Positions 40,519-50,192 of a DNA stretch of 64,000 bases are shown in pieces (the stretch's first letter is position 1; the number at the start of each line of letters is the position of its first letter). A program made the translations under genes and the position numbers. Below the pieces are notes generated by a model. It ran no database searches. It was not told where the DNA came from and saw only the letters and a list, made by a program, of their open reading frames with translations. This DNA comes from Candidatus Latescibacterota bacterium. GTDB lineage: Bacteria > Latescibacterota > UBA2968 > UBA8231. The stretch covers positions 4,544,001-4,608,000 of the forward strand of contig OZ242005.1 of NCBI GenBank assembly GCA_965204725.1, written 5' to 3'.

Positions 40519-41637
40519 TCAGCGATACCTTCTGCCATACCATAGTAGAAAGCCCGTAACGGGCAGTGTTGCAGTGACCGCACTGACTGCGAAGGCGATG
40601 ATCTTGCCGAATAGGCCCCCAATTGCACCGACGTGGATGTCGTAGTTCATGCGCATCACCTTATCGGCGAAGCGGGCATCGGTATAGCGTCCATATATGC
40701 TTGGGGTTTCGATTTCTTCAAGGGTGCTTTGGTCGAAGAAGCGATAGTCCGAACTGTAGTAAACCCCATGTTGGTGCGATACCTCGACGTAGATACTAGA
40801 AGAATCGCTGGCGGGATAGTGGATCTCGAAGCTGTTCGCTCGTGGATTGTCCCTTTGTAGCTGGACGATGAGGCGGTCAATGGGGCGCGTAGTAGAATCC
40901 TGTAGTGATCCGGCGATGTGTATATTGTCTGGGATAATAAACTGCGGGGCTTTCGTCCCTCCCGCCGATTTGTACACCAAGGAGCCAAACCAATCGAAGG
41001 CCATAACACAGCCGGTAAAGGCGAGCACAAAGGCCAAGGACAAAACGTAGAACCCTACGATAGAATGAAGATCAAAATTTTTCCGTCGCCACCGCGTAGT
41101 ATCGCGCCAGACAAAGGCAAACCGCTGTCTGCTATTGTTGCCACGAGGCCACCAGAGTACGAGTCCGGTGGCAAGGATGATCAAAAACAACAAGACCGAT
41201 ATCGATACGACATTAGAGCCGACGGCTGGAGGCAACCAGAGCCTGAGATGGCCGTCTAGCACAAACGCAAAAAAACCGGAAAAATGATCTTCTGAGTGTA
41301 ACACGTCCCCAGTGTAGGGATCGAGGAAGACGCTGCGGTAAAATCGAGGTTCGTCTTGGTAAAAAATGACTTCGACGGCTTGGCCCGGCTCGCCGTAGCG
41401 CGTACCGTGGATATGCTTGTCGGGGAAGACCGCTTGTGCCGCTATCTTGGCTGCGGTGGGGGTTAGCAGTGGGGCTTGGCGCACCTCGACCTTCTGCTTT
41501 TTTAGATAGAGACCCTGTATTTCCTCCTTGAATACCCAACAGCAGCCGGTGATGGCGACGATAAACACGACGATCCCCGTGGCCAAGCCGAGGATCTCGT
41601 GTATCTTCAGGACGAACTTCTTAATTGGTTTTTGCAT
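40519..41637 (-). CDS. PepSY-associated TM helix domain protein
   Basis: KIHEILGL, AITG, GHLRLW, FDLHSIVG, YDIHVG. Confidence 0.9.
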   Translation of the reverse strand: MQKPIKKFVLKIHEILGLATGIVVFIVAITGCCWVFKEEIQGLYLKKQKVEVRQAPLLTPTAAKIAAQAVFPDKHIHGTRYGEPGQAVEVIFYQDEPRFYRSVFLDPYTGDVLHSEDHFSGFFAFVLDGHLRLWLPPAVGSNVVSISVLLFLIILATGLVLWWPRGNNSRQRFAFVWRDTTRWRRKNFDLHSIVGFYVLSLAFVLAFTGCVMAFDWFGSLVYKSAGGTKAPQFIIPDNIHIAGSLQDSTTRPIDRLIVQLQRDNPRANSFEIHYPASDSSSIYVEVSHQHGVYYSSDYRFFDQSTLEEIETPSIYGRYTDARFADKVMRMNYDIHVGAIGGLFGKIIAFAVSAVTATLPVTGFLLWYGRRYR

Positions 41638-41653
41638 GTAACATGTAAAAGGC

Positions 41654-41690
41654 AGGGCCTTGGTCCGAGGTGGCGGACCAAGGCCCTTTT
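41654..41690. terminator. Strong intergenic hairpin between the DUF4374 and PepSY genes
   Basis: agggccttggtccg / cggaccaaggccct 14-bp stem. Confidence 0.65.
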
Positions 41691-41697
41691 CAGTCGT

Positions 41698-42966
41698 CTA
41701 TAACCTGTAAAAGCCTTTAATGGTCTTACCGTTAATCCTAGCGCCCTTGGTTGCGGTCGCCGTAGCGATATCCACTTGATAGACATGGGCTTCACTGGCC
41801 GTTTCGATGCTGACATAGACTTTGCCTTCTTTCACCGTCACTGGCGAGGAATAGCGCTTGGCGTGTAAAGGCACATTGGAGACTTCGGTCACAGTCTGAT
41901 TCGCTAGGTCGAGGATCGCCAACTGCTGGTTAAAAACATCCCGGCCGAAGGCCGCCCACAGGCCGCCATCATCCTGCGTTATGATCCGCGCGATGGCCCG
42001 CTCGCCGCCTATATAGTCAAACCAGAAGAGCTTCCCACCTCCTGTCGCAGCCTCGACATCAAAGAAGTAACCGGGATCGAAGTCGGTGCTACCCGACCGT
42101 ATCCTCAAGATGCCCGAGGGCTTGGTAGAAGCGGGGGCAAAGCCGGCCATGGCGGCACCGCTGGAAAAGGAATACAGGTCACCGCTGGCGGTTTCGATCA
42201 AGCCGGTAGTAGCACCGTTGACGCCGATATTGGACGTTCTAGGGTCGGCGATGATCTTCTCCGGCTCGGAGCCGACCTCGGGATAGGAATAAACGGCGAC
42301 GAAGGCACTGTCCGGGCTAGGAGTGGTAAAAAAGCCGGCCGCGTCCAGCTTGTGGAAGGGCACGAAGAGCTTATCGCCTCTGACTTGGAGCGCGGTCGGC
42401 CACGCCACGAGCGAATCCGACGCCGACGCGAAAATTTGCGTACCGACGATCTTGGTCACAAATACGGTGTTGACGTCGACAAAGTGGAGCCGGCGGTTGG
42501 CAAAACCCGCCCTAGGAATCTCCATCGCCAGCAGCGTCTGACCATCGTCAGAGTGCCCGAACATCTCCAGCGCGTTTTCAAAAATAAATTCGCCTTTTTT
42601 GACCAAAGCACCGCTGCCATCGTCGATGTAGCCGGCACATTGGTTGTCGTCGCTATACCCCGAAGCGAAGAGGGTTTTGCCAACTGGGTAGTAGAATCGC
42701 CACCCCGTCTGCTCGATTCCTTCGCCGATGGCCGAAATCTCGCCGGAGAGAATATCTCCCCGGGTGATGATGAATTCGGTCTCGTCCCCGCCGGTAGTCT
42801 TAAAGGCCATCGTGATGCCTGATGTTTCCGTCGGTTCGGTTGCTCCCCCGGGGGCTGTCACCTTGTCGTCGTCGCCGCAAGCCAGCAACGCCAAAGAGAA
42901 CGTCAGTCCCAGCAAGAGAAACAGCTTTTTGCCGTACTCGATAGTGGGAAAATTAAGATGCCGCAT
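41698..42966 (-). CDS. DUF4374 family lipoprotein
   Basis: LLAC lipobox; GEGIEQTGW, KPSGILRI...FDPGYFFD; AAGGAGG RBS. Confidence 0.82.
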   Translation of the reverse strand: MRHLNFPTIEYGKKLFLLLGLTFSLALLACGDDDKVTAPGGATEPTETSGITMAFKTTGGDETEFIITRGDILSGEISAIGEGIEQTGWRFYYPVGKTLFASGYSDDNQCAGYIDDGSGALVKKGEFIFENALEMFGHSDDGQTLLAMEIPRAGFANRRLHFVDVNTVFVTKIVGTQIFASASDSLVAWPTALQVRGDKLFVPFHKLDAAGFFTTPSPDSAFVAVYSYPEVGSEPEKIIADPRTSNIGVNGATTGLIETASGDLYSFSSGAAMAGFAPASTKPSGILRIRSGSTDFDPGYFFDVEAATGGGKLFWFDYIGGERAIARIITQDDGGLWAAFGRDVFNQQLAILDLANQTVTEVSNVPLHAKRYSSPVTVKEGKVYVSIETASEAHVYQVDIATATATKGARINGKTIKGFYRL

Positions 42967-42992
42967 GGCTACCTCCTTGATTGGGTTAAATT

Positions 42993-45341
42993 TTACTTGA
43001 GAGAATACCTGATTTTGATGTGTGCGGACCGGCCCGGTTTCTGGATGTTGAAGTGGTCATAGACGCGCGCGTTGGTGAGGTTGTTGACGGTTAGGGATGC
43101 GTTGTAGCGACCACCGTTTAGCGCGTACTCCGCCTCAAAGTCGTGGGTCAACTGTCGGGGGATGATGTTTTTGTGTTCCCTGTCGCCCAAGTTTTCCCAC
43201 AGTAGGAAAAACGCCTCGACGAAGTGGATACTCCAATAGAAGTGCCACTGCCGGTTGTGGCTCAAGCCGATCCGGGTATTGGCAAAAAGGTGAGGCACGT
43301 TGGGAATTCTGCTGCGGTAATTGGCGTTGGGTAGTCCTTCGTCAAAGCGAGTTTGGTCCGTCAGGCTCTGGTAGGTGATGTTGGCATTGACGGCGACGAG
43401 ATCGCGGTAATTGGTGTCGATCTCCCCTTCCACTCCCACTGTTCTCACGTCCTCTAGGTTTTCGTATTCGCCAAACGGCCCTAGGGGATTGAAGCGAATA
43501 AAATCCTCTGAGAAGCGATAGAAGAAGTTGGCTTCCGCCTCGACCAGATGTGGGGTCAAGCACCAGCCTAGGTTGAAATTGCGGCTGGTCTCTGGTCGCA
43601 ACGCAGGGTTGGGGTTGATGTAGATGCCGTCGCCGAGAATCTCAAAACTTTCTGGAACGCGATAGGCCCGTTCAAAGGACGACTTTAGCTGGATGTTGGC
43701 GGTCGGGTGGTACGATACAGCTAAGCCGTATCCCGTTGCGTCTAGCTTAGTTCGGGTCGTTATGTCGTTGTTTTGGTAGTCTTGGGTGACGATCCGTCCA
43801 GCATACCAGTATCGCTTGCCGAAAACGGTGGCTTCAAAGGCGTCGGCGCGGCTATATGTATAGGCTAGGCCGAGCAAGTTCTTGTGGATGTAGTTGGGGG
43901 ACTCGAAGGAGCGATTGAAGCGATCTACCGCGTCCTCGCCGGTCCGTCGCAGATAGCTCTGGGTGGCGTTTAGACTCAGGCTATGTTGCTCGGCTATGGA
44001 ATAATCGGTGCCAATGTTGCTCCTCAGTATCCAATCCGACAATTCGAGCGAGGAGCGCCGTTCGGCTAATTCGCCCTTGGGGTCGTCCGGTGCTCGTTTA
44101 ATAGAATCGCCGGTCCAGTTGTACTTGCGGGTGCTGGTGTCCACCACGTTGGTAACTATTCGACCGCTGATGGCAAAGAGCTTCAGGGCCAAGTTGTCGT
44201 CGAACCGGTTACCGTAGTTTATCGACGCCAAGACAGTGCTGTTGGTCGCGTGAAATTCCCCGAATACCCGGTTGATGTTGTTGTCGGGGTGCTGGTAATC
44301 CTTCCTGCTCGCCGCCGCGATAACCCCTAGCGAGAGCCTATCGGCACGCTTTTTAGCGAACAACCCTGCTTCGCCGTGTACCATCGCTGAGGTGAAGTCG
44401 TCGTGGAATCGCCGAGTGCGTATCGCGCCTAGAGCATTGCCCAATTCCAAGTCGTGGACCGGGCTATCGTCCATCCAGTAGTCGTTGTCCGCGTGGTTGT
44501 AAAAGGACGCGACCTTGAGGAAGAGACCCTCGCCAGCGTACTGGCCGTTGAATGAGGCCCGTCGCGTAGAGAACGATCCATTGGCAAGGGCCACATCGAG
44601 AAATGATCGCTGTTGGAGGTCGGTTACTATATTGACGGCCCCGCCCAAGGCGTCGGCTCCGAGCGACACGGGTACTACGCCCTTGTAAACCTCAATTTTG
44701 TCAACGAGGTTGACGGGGTAATTGTCAAGCGACAGTGCCGCGCCGAAATTTTCCATCGGTACGCCGTCGATAAAGTAACGGATCTGGTTGCCCGACAACC
44801 CGTTTAACGAGAGTTTGAAGCCCGACCCTAGCCCACCGGTCTGCCGCAGGTTGATACCTGGGATGCTTTTAAGGACCGCATTGACGTCGGAAGTTAAATT
44901 CTTCTGTCTTTCGCTTTCGATTACGGACACTGCGTATCCCCGTTGCCGCAGTTGTTCCGCAGCCGACTTGCCCTCCACAATGGTTTCCTGTACGGAGAAA
45001 ACCTCTTCTGCGAGAGCGGCGTAGTGTGTCAGGGCTTGGCCCGCGACCAGTGCAATTTCGAGGGATTGTTTTTGATAACCGAAAGCGGAAATGACTAGAG
45101 TATAGGAACCAGAGCCGAGGTTCGTGAGCGCGTACTGGCCGTCGGCGTCCGTATAGGTTCCTATCTCGGCTAGCGAGACCGCGACCCCCGCGAGGGGAAC
45201 TCCAGTGCTGTCGGTAATCGTACCGCTAATGGTGGCCGTTCCGCTCTGGCCGACCGCCGGAGCGACATAGATCACCATGAAAAGACAGTAGGCATAGCAG
45301 TTTATAGGCAATCTATGGTTTTGGTCTATAACGCCTATCAT
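42993..45341 (-). CDS. TonB-dependent receptor with N-terminal carboxypeptidase-regulatory-like domain
   Basis: Plug motifs RQTGGLGS, FIDGVP, IEVYKG, GADALGGAVN; C-terminal QKPGRS..KIRYSLK; start uncertain. Confidence 0.9.
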   Translation of the reverse strand: MIGVIDQNHRLPINCYAYCLFMVIYVAPAVGQSGTATISGTITDSTGVPLAGVAVSLAEIGTYTDADGQYALTNLGSGSYTLVISAFGYQKQSLEIALVAGQALTHYAALAEEVFSVQETIVEGKSAAEQLRQRGYAVSVIESERQKNLTSDVNAVLKSIPGINLRQTGGLGSGFKLSLNGLSGNQIRYFIDGVPMENFGAALSLDNYPVNLVDKIEVYKGVVPVSLGADALGGAVNIVTDLQQRSFLDVALANGSFSTRRASFNGQYAGEGLFLKVASFYNHADNDYWMDDSPVHDLELGNALGAIRTRRFHDDFTSAMVHGEAGLFAKKRADRLSLGVIAAASRKDYQHPDNNINRVFGEFHATNSTVLASINYGNRFDDNLALKLFAISGRIVTNVVDTSTRKYNWTGDSIKRAPDDPKGELAERRSSLELSDWILRSNIGTDYSIAEQHSLSLNATQSYLRRTGEDAVDRFNRSFESPNYIHKNLLGLAYTYSRADAFEATVFGKRYWYAGRIVTQDYQNNDITTRTKLDATGYGLAVSYHPTANIQLKSSFERAYRVPESFEILGDGIYINPNPALRPETSRNFNLGWCLTPHLVEAEANFFYRFSEDFIRFNPLGPFGEYENLEDVRTVGVEGEIDTNYRDLVAVNANITYQSLTDQTRFDEGLPNANYRSRIPNVPHLFANTRIGLSHNRQWHFYWSIHFVEAFFLLWENLGDREHKNIIPRQLTHDFEAEYALNGGRYNASLTVNNLTNARVYDHFNIQKPGRSAHIKIRYSLK

Positions 45342-45400
45342 GTGTCTATAATTCCTATCATTTGTCTATATCGACAATCACCTGTATATATTAGAAACCA
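45321..45400. repeat. 20-bp-period degenerate tandem repeat (4 units)
   Basis: ttggtctataacgcctatca / tgtgtctataattcctatca / tttgtctatatcgacaatca / cctgtatatattagaaacca. Confidence 0.75.
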
Positions 45401-45501
45401 ATAGTTTGAAATGGCAAACAATAATTTGATACCTTTTACATGCTTTGTCAAGGAGACTTGAGAAATCGCAACTGCTGATCCGCCTGAAGTCTCTTGCTCA
45501 T

Positions 45502-45541
45502 AAAAAAATTGCCGACGTCTTTTGAACGTCGGCAATTTTTT
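45502..45541. terminator. Bidirectional terminator-like hairpin
   Basis: aaaaaaattgccgacgt cttttga acgtcggcaatttttt. Confidence 0.7.
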
Positions 45542-45596
45542 AGACTGACTTAGTCTATGAGATAGCCTCTAACCAATAATCCCAATGGAGCGATAG

Positions 45597-46187
45597 ATGG
45601 ATGCTGCGCGCCTTGAAGCCCAACTTGGTTTCGTCCTCGAAGTCGAAAAGCTCAAACAAGTCTTTCGCCAGACGCTGTTGTTAGGCGACCATCGTCGAGA
45701 AAACGACGCTGAACATTCGTGGCACCTGAGCGTGATGGCCGTTCTACTGGTCGAGTACGCAACGGCGGAAGTCGATCTGCTCAAGGTGCTCAAGATGCTG
45801 TTGATCCACGATGTGGTGGAAATTGACGCTGGCGACACCTTCGTCTATGACGTGGCGGCCAACGAGGATAAGGCCCAACGCGAGCAGCAAGCTGCGGACC
45901 GGCTGTTCGGCCTGTTGCCGGCCGATCAGGCGAGTGCCTACCGCGCCCTGTGGGACGAGTTTGAGCAGCGACAGAGCGCGGAAGCGCGCTATGCGGCGGC
46001 GCTCGACCGGCTACAGCCGCTATTGCTCAACCTTTACACCGACGGAGCGGCGTGGCAGCGCCATGGGATCAAGAAGGCGCAGGTGATCGCGTACAACGAG
46101 CACATCGGGGAAGGGGCGCCGGCGTTGTGGGAATGTGCGCGGAAGTTGATTGACGCCGCGGTGGCAAAGGGGTTTTTGGCCGAATAG
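45597..46187 (+). CDS. HD domain hydrolase (YfbR/HDDC2-like)
   Basis: ENDAEHSWH, LIHDVVEI, DRLQP. Confidence 0.9.
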   Translation: MDAARLEAQLGFVLEVEKLKQVFRQTLLLGDHRRENDAEHSWHLSVMAVLLVEYATAEVDLLKVLKMLLIHDVVEIDAGDTFVYDVAANEDKAQREQQAADRLFGLLPADQASAYRALWDEFEQRQSAEARYAAALDRLQPLLLNLYTDGAAWQRHGIKKAQVIAYNEHIGEGAPALWECARKLIDAAVAKGFLAE

Positions 46188-46188
46188 C

Positions 46189-47487
46189 TCAGGCCGGGAC
46201 AAAGCGCTCTAGCCGCCAGCGCTTGGCCCAAGTCTTTTCCAAGCGCACACACAAGCAGACGTCGTTGCCGGTGTAGGTCTCTGCGAGGACCTGCCCCTGC
46301 TGGTGTAGATGGGCTAAGAGCCGGCCTTCGGCTTGGGGAACCTGTAGTTCCAAGGTGACGTCTCCGGCGACGCTGTACGCGCGGATTTTGTCGCGCAGCG
46401 CGTCGAGGTTGATGGCTTGGCGGGCCGAGATGGCAATGGCGTCTTGGCGGGCCGCGTACGCGGCTACGATCCGCTCTTCTTCGCCGCGAGCCACTTGATC
46501 GATTTTGTTGTACACCATCAGGGTAGGGCTGTCTGCAAGCCCTAGGCTGTGAAGGACTTGCTCCACTGTGGCGATCTGCGCCTCGCAGTGCGGAAAGCTC
46601 AAGTCGATGACGTGGAGCAGCAAGTCGGCCTCCACAGCCTCTTCGAGCGTGGCGCGAAACGAGGCAAACAGGTGGTGGGGCAGGCGGTTGATAAAGCCGA
46701 CCGTGTCGGTGAGCAGAATCTTGTGGTTGCGGTCGAGGGCAATGGCGCGTGTGGTGGAGTCCAAGGTGGCAAAGAGCTGATCCTCAACGAGGACATCCGC
46801 GCCAGAAAGCACCCGCATCAGGGTCGATTTGCCGGCGTTGGTATAACCCACGAGAGCCACCTTAAAAACATCCGCACGATTTTTGCGGTTGGTCGCCATC
46901 TGCACGCCGATCTTGTCGAGCTTGGCCTCTAGGGCGTTGATTTGCCGGCGAATCAGGCGGCGGTCAATTTCCAACTGGGTTTCGCCCGGGCCGCGGACGC
47001 CGGCGGCCCCCATGCCGCGGATGGCCCCGCCGCCGGCTTGGCGCGAGAGGTGGGTCCAGTAGCGAGTCAGGCGCGGCAGAAGGTAGTTGAGCTGGGCCAG
47101 CTCGACTTGTAGCTGGGCCGTGTGGGTGCGGGCGTGGTGGGCGAAGATGTCCAAAATCACGGCGCTGCGGTCGAGAATGCGGCGTTTGGTGACGCGCTCC
47201 AAGTTGCGCATCTGGGCCGGCGAGAGGTCGTTGTCAAAGACGATCACCTCGGCTTGGCAGTGGGCCGCGAGCTGCTTGAGGGAGGCGGCCTTGCCTTTGC
47301 CGATGTAGTGGGCTGGATCAATGCGCTCGCGCCGTTGGATGCGGCGCTCGGCCTCGACGAGGCCAGCGGTGGCAACTAAGCGGCCGAGTTCGTCGAGGGA
47401 GTATTCGGCCTCCCAAGCGGGCATCTTGGGCAGGGCGACGCCGACGAGGATAGCTCGTTCTGGGTGTAGCGGGCGGTTTGCTTCCAT
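46189..47487 (-). CDS. hflX: GTPase HflX
   Basis: GPGETQLE, GYTNAGKS, LFATLD, DTVGFI, NKID. Confidence 0.96.
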   Translation of the reverse strand: MEANRPLHPERAILVGVALPKMPAWEAEYSLDELGRLVATAGLVEAERRIQRRERIDPAHYIGKGKAASLKQLAAHCQAEVIVFDNDLSPAQMRNLERVTKRRILDRSAVILDIFAHHARTHTAQLQVELAQLNYLLPRLTRYWTHLSRQAGGGAIRGMGAAGVRGPGETQLEIDRRLIRRQINALEAKLDKIGVQMATNRKNRADVFKVALVGYTNAGKSTLMRVLSGADVLVEDQLFATLDSTTRAIALDRNHKILLTDTVGFINRLPHHLFASFRATLEEAVEADLLLHVIDLSFPHCEAQIATVEQVLHSLGLADSPTLMVYNKIDQVARGEEERIVAAYAARQDAIAISARQAINLDALRDKIRAYSVAGDVTLELQVPQAEGRLLAHLHQQGQVLAETYTGNDVCLCVRLEKTWAKRWRLERFVPA

Positions 47488-47647
47488 TGCTTATCAAACA
47501 CAAATAGAGCGCATCACTTTGTCAACACCGCAAGCCTGTTGCGCGCCTTCGCGTGGGCGAGCGGTTGCGGCAACAAAGATCGCCTTGTTGCAACCGACGC
47601 GCTCCTATATGTTCAGGCCGCAGCGCACGACGCGGGAGGTCAAGTGC

Positions 47648-48133
47648 ATGGTCATCGTACTAATGGGCGTAACGGGCAGCGGTAAGACGACGGTGGGCGA
47701 GTTGCTCGCCCAACAGCTCGGCTGGGCTTATTACGACGCGGACGATTTCCACCCGGCAGCCAACGTGCGCAAAATGGCCAGCGGTACGCCGCTCGTTGAC
47801 GCGGACCGCTGGCCTTGGCTCGAGACCCTCGCTGCGGCCATCGGCCAGTGGCTCCGCACCGAGCAAGGGGCGATCCTCGGCTGTTCCGCGCTCAAACAGA
47901 GCTACCGCGACCTCTTGGTCGGCGGCCGGCCCGATGTGCAGGTCGTCCATCTCAAAGGCCCGAAGGCCCTCATCGCCCAGCGGCTCAAAACGCGGCAGCA
48001 TCGCTATATGCCGGCCGCCCTGCTCGACAGCCAGTTTGCGACCCTCGAAGAGCCGAGCGACGCGCTGAGCGTGGATATCGGCCCGCCCCCCGCCGCCATT
48101 GCCGCGACCATTCGCACGGCCTTGAAGCTCTGA
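47648..48133 (+). CDS. gntK: Gluconokinase
   Basis: MGVTGSGKTT, DADDFH, DRWPWL, CSALK, LDSQFATLE. Confidence 0.9.
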   Translation: MVIVLMGVTGSGKTTVGELLAQQLGWAYYDADDFHPAANVRKMASGTPLVDADRWPWLETLAAAIGQWLRTEQGAILGCSALKQSYRDLLVGGRPDVQVVHLKGPKALIAQRLKTRQHRYMPAALLDSQFATLEEPSDALSVDIGPPPAAIAATIRTALKL

Positions 48134-48158
48134 TTTTCTGGTGTTGCCTCTGCGTCCG

Positions 48159-48205
48159 GGATCGAGGGCGTCCCGCCCTCTACGAGGGCAAGATGCCCTC
48201 GATCC
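48159..48205. repeat. REP-like palindrome between convergent genes
   Basis: ggatcgagggcgtcccgccctc tac gagggcaagatgccctcgatcc; related half-site ggggcatcttgccctcga near 12676. Confidence 0.75.
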
Positions 48206-48246
48206 TTGGTCGGCGGTCGCTGGTGTCGCGTAGTAAGGGCGCAAAG

Positions 48247-49935
48247 TCATCCCAAGTACACAAACAAGTAAATCGCCAAGAAAATCGTCACTAACAACAC
48301 GCTGCTGCTGATGGGCCACGCCCGGGCAAAGACGCCCGCCGGGCCGTGGTACTGGCGCACCTGCTCCACGAGCGAAAAAACCTGTCGCTTGCCCCAAGCG
48401 ATCAATCCATCCCGCAGCGGCGCACCCCATTGTACGCACCACCGCGCTGAGCGCGGCAGCAGCTTTCGGTAGGTCCAATCTACGTCGATATTGGCCGAGC
48501 GCAGCTCCGGTGGGTACAGGCCCGTCAGCTTGAGCGCGACAAAGGCCAGCGCCGAAAAGAACAACAACTGGAGTTGTAAGACGATGTGGGTCGCGTCGTA
48601 TGGGGCGTAGTCAACCGAGTAGGGCAGGAGTCGGTACAGATAGTGCGGGAACAAGCCGATGCCAATGCACAGCGCCGCCCCAAGCCCCATGGCCCAGAGC
48701 ATGTTGCGCGGTGCTTCGCGGCAGCGGAGCCCCGCGTCGTGGGCGAAGAAGGCAAAGAAGGGAACTTTGATGCCGGCGTGGTGGAAGACGCCGGCCGAGG
48801 CAAACAGCAGCAGCAGCCACACCACGAGGTGCCCCTCGTTGGCCGCGGCCCGCATGATCATGGACTTGCTGACAAAGCCGCTAAAGAGCGGGAAAGCCGA
48901 AATTGACGCGGCCCCGATCATGCAGAAGCCGCAGGTCCAAGGCATGGATTTGTACAGGCCCCCGAGGTCCGAGCCGTTGATCCGGCCGGTGCGGTAGAGC
49001 ACGGCTCCCATCGACATGAACAGGAGTGACTTGTAGAGGATATGGGCAAAGGCGTGGGCCACCGCGCCGTTGACGCCCATGCCCGGCCCCAAGCCGACGC
49101 CGACGACCATAAAGCCAATCTGGTTGATCATGCTGTAGCTCAACACGCGGCGCAGATCATTTTCAATGACCGCATAGAAGATGGGGAACATCGCCATGGC
49201 CGCGCCGATGTAGAGCAGGTATTCAGTGCCGGCAAAACTACGCGCCAACACATAGACAGCAGTCTTGGTGCTAAAGGTACTCAAAAAGACCGCGCCAGTG
49301 GGCGTGGACTCTGGGTAAGCATCCACCAGCCACGAGTGCAAGAATGGGAAGGCGCATTTAATGCCAACGCCGAGAAAAATCAGCCGCGTGGCCCAGCTAT
49401 CAATGCCCAAATGCCCCAGCGCCAGCGAGCCGGTCTGCTGGTAGTGCCACGCCGTGCCGACCACGAGCAGCAGACCGGAGCTGATGTGGATCAGCAGATA
49501 GCGCGTCCCAGCGGCAAGGGCCTTTTCGCTCCGGCTCGCCCAGATCTGGAAGACCGAGGTAATCGCCAACAGCTCCCAGAAGATGAAGAGCACGATGAGA
49601 TCGCCGGCAAAGACCGCCCCCACGGCCGCGCCCGCGTATAGGAGGCCGGTCGCCTGTTGCAGGCGGTCGCGCAAGTGCAGCGAGAAGAGCGCGGCGAGAA
49701 AGGCGGCCAAGTGAAAGAGATAGCCAAACAGCAGGCTGAGTTGATCGACGCGCACCCAGTGCAGCTCGTACCCGGCCAGCGAGCCGACTTGGCTGTCGCC
49801 GGCTTGGTAGCCGAGGAGGTTGCAGAATCCGGCTAGCGGCAACAGGAGCAACGCCACCCGCCGCCCGGCCAGCGGCAAGACGGGCAACAGCAGCCCGCCC
49901 AAGAGCAGGAAGACCGCCGGGTGCAGGCTAGTCAT
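48247..49935 (-). CDS. mrpD: Na+/H+ antiporter subunit D-like protein (Mrp)
   Basis: FIFWEL, HSWLVDAYP, DLRRVLSYS, AHAFAH. Confidence 0.85.
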   Translation of the reverse strand: MTSLHPAVFLLLGGLLLPVLPLAGRRVALLLLPLAGFCNLLGYQAGDSQVGSLAGYELHWVRVDQLSLLFGYLFHLAAFLAALFSLHLRDRLQQATGLLYAGAAVGAVFAGDLIVLFIFWELLAITSVFQIWASRSEKALAAGTRYLLIHISSGLLLVVGTAWHYQQTGSLALGHLGIDSWATRLIFLGVGIKCAFPFLHSWLVDAYPESTPTGAVFLSTFSTKTAVYVLARSFAGTEYLLYIGAAMAMFPIFYAVIENDLRRVLSYSMINQIGFMVVGVGLGPGMGVNGAVAHAFAHILYKSLLFMSMGAVLYRTGRINGSDLGGLYKSMPWTCGFCMIGAASISAFPLFSGFVSKSMIMRAAANEGHLVVWLLLLFASAGVFHHAGIKVPFFAFFAHDAGLRCREAPRNMLWAMGLGAALCIGIGLFPHYLYRLLPYSVDYAPYDATHIVLQLQLLFFSALAFVALKLTGLYPPELRSANIDVDWTYRKLLPRSARWCVQWGAPLRDGLIAWGKRQVFSLVEQVRQYHGPAGVFARAWPISSSVLLVTIFLAIYLFVYLG

Positions 49936-50188
49936 AGTAATCCTCGCGGCGCATCAGCACCTTGCGTAGCTGAGTGGCCAGCAAAACCAAGAGCACACAA
50001 GCGACAAATCCGTATATCGAGTAAAAGCCGAACCATCCTTCAACCGGAAAGACCCCCTCGGCAAAGCTCAAGTGCCGATGGAAGAGCAAGTCTATCCCCA
50101 AGAGCACGGCACAGAGCGCGAAGAAGATCCGTATCAAGCGATAGACGTTCCGCGGCGAGTCGAATAGATGGTTTTTCTTTGCAGGCAT
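49928..50188 (-). CDS. Small membrane protein in the mrp operon
   Basis: Two TM segments, GFYSIYGF, RREDYY; coupled to the next gene. Confidence 0.75.
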   Translation of the reverse strand: MPAKKNHLFDSPRNVYRLIRIFFALCAVLLGIDLLFHRHLSFAEGVFPVEGWFGFYSIYGFVACVLLVLLATQLRKVLMRREDYYD

Positions 50189-50192
50189 GGCC

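Noticed and set aside
45321-45400. CRISPR array
   Set aside because: Units are contiguous degenerate 20-mers without unique spacers; no cas genes.
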